A stretch of DNA of 63,587 nt, filler included, from Octopus bimaculoides (lineage: Eukaryota): NCBI RefSeq assembly GCF_001194135.2. It is 7 parts of 7 records of this genome, joined end to end, with 100 filler letters (N's around TTAATTAATTAA, not from the genome) between each part and the next. Parts side by side here need not be neighbours in the genome. Positions count along the whole stretch, not along the records: positions 61,716 to 63,587 come from NW_026357551.1; 6 more parts are not named here. One strand, given 5' to 3'. Below, in pieces: positions 63,435 to 63,587 of the stretch (position 1 is the first letter of the stretch; each line of letters opens with the position of its first letter). A program made the translations under genes and the position numbers. The notes under the pieces were generated by a model. The model did no database searches. It had not been told where the DNA came from and worked only from the letters and a program-made list of their open reading frames with translations.

Positions 63435-63587
63435 CCTTGACCGCTCGATCCTCGTGTTCGTTCTTGTTGAAGAGCGTAAGCTGGAAACATAAAAGGTTTC
63501 CTCACCTTCACGAGCGTCAAAGTAATACATCTGCTTGTTGCTTGTTGTTTATACACCTGTCTTCGTCTTTTGTTTTTCTGTAAATTT
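63435..63587. mobile_element. Probable Penelope pseudo-LTR-derived repeat with a decayed hammerhead motif
   Basis: Contains TTGTTGA-AGAGC-GTAA-GCTG-GAAACATA, a decayed hammerhead-like core. I recognise the surrounding sequence as a common cephalopod interspersed repeat (unverified). Confidence 0.5.

Noticed and set aside
63206-63577. 116-aa minus ORF with an ankyrin-like stretch (LVDLAINHGAN) and AG/GT pairs
   Set aside because: The putative intron 63481-63505 is only 25 nt, and the region carries a decayed hammerhead motif typical of Penelope pLTR repeats. It is better explained as repeat-derived.

Overview
AT-rich, microsatellite-dense animal DNA. The SINE/LINE repertoire is what I recognise from Octopus; this is an inference, with no database search. 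The window is NOT one locus. Six identical 100-nt linkers (N44-TTAATTAATTAA-N44) join seven unrelated scaffolds: 1-8032, 8133-26841, 26942-35461, 35562-46364, 46465-57544, 57645-61615 and 61716-63587. The only host gene I can identify is a 13-exon internal part of CC2D2A (ciliary transition-zone C2 protein, MKS6/JBTS9) on the minus strand at 27827-35114. All 13 exons have GT-AG boundaries and splice into one open frame of about 510 aa. The rest is mostly mobile DNA: three families of R4/Dong-type restriction-like-endonuclease LINEs, an RTE fragment and RTE 3'-end repeats, a Penelope GIY-YIG fragment, Tc1/mariner relics and at least three SINE families. The most interesting leads are (i) an R4/Dong-type family sitting in (ATGT)n rather than the (TAA)n used by the other two families, (ii) several Penelope-type minimal hammerhead ribozyme motifs, mostly degenerate, (iii) a 118-bp near-perfect palindrome, and (iv) a CpG-decay contrast between intragenic and other SINE copies that looks like a gene-body methylation footprint. 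Most ORF-track entries are microsatellite or N-run artefacts. I found no prokaryotic-type system, CRISPR array, rRNA or intact tRNA.
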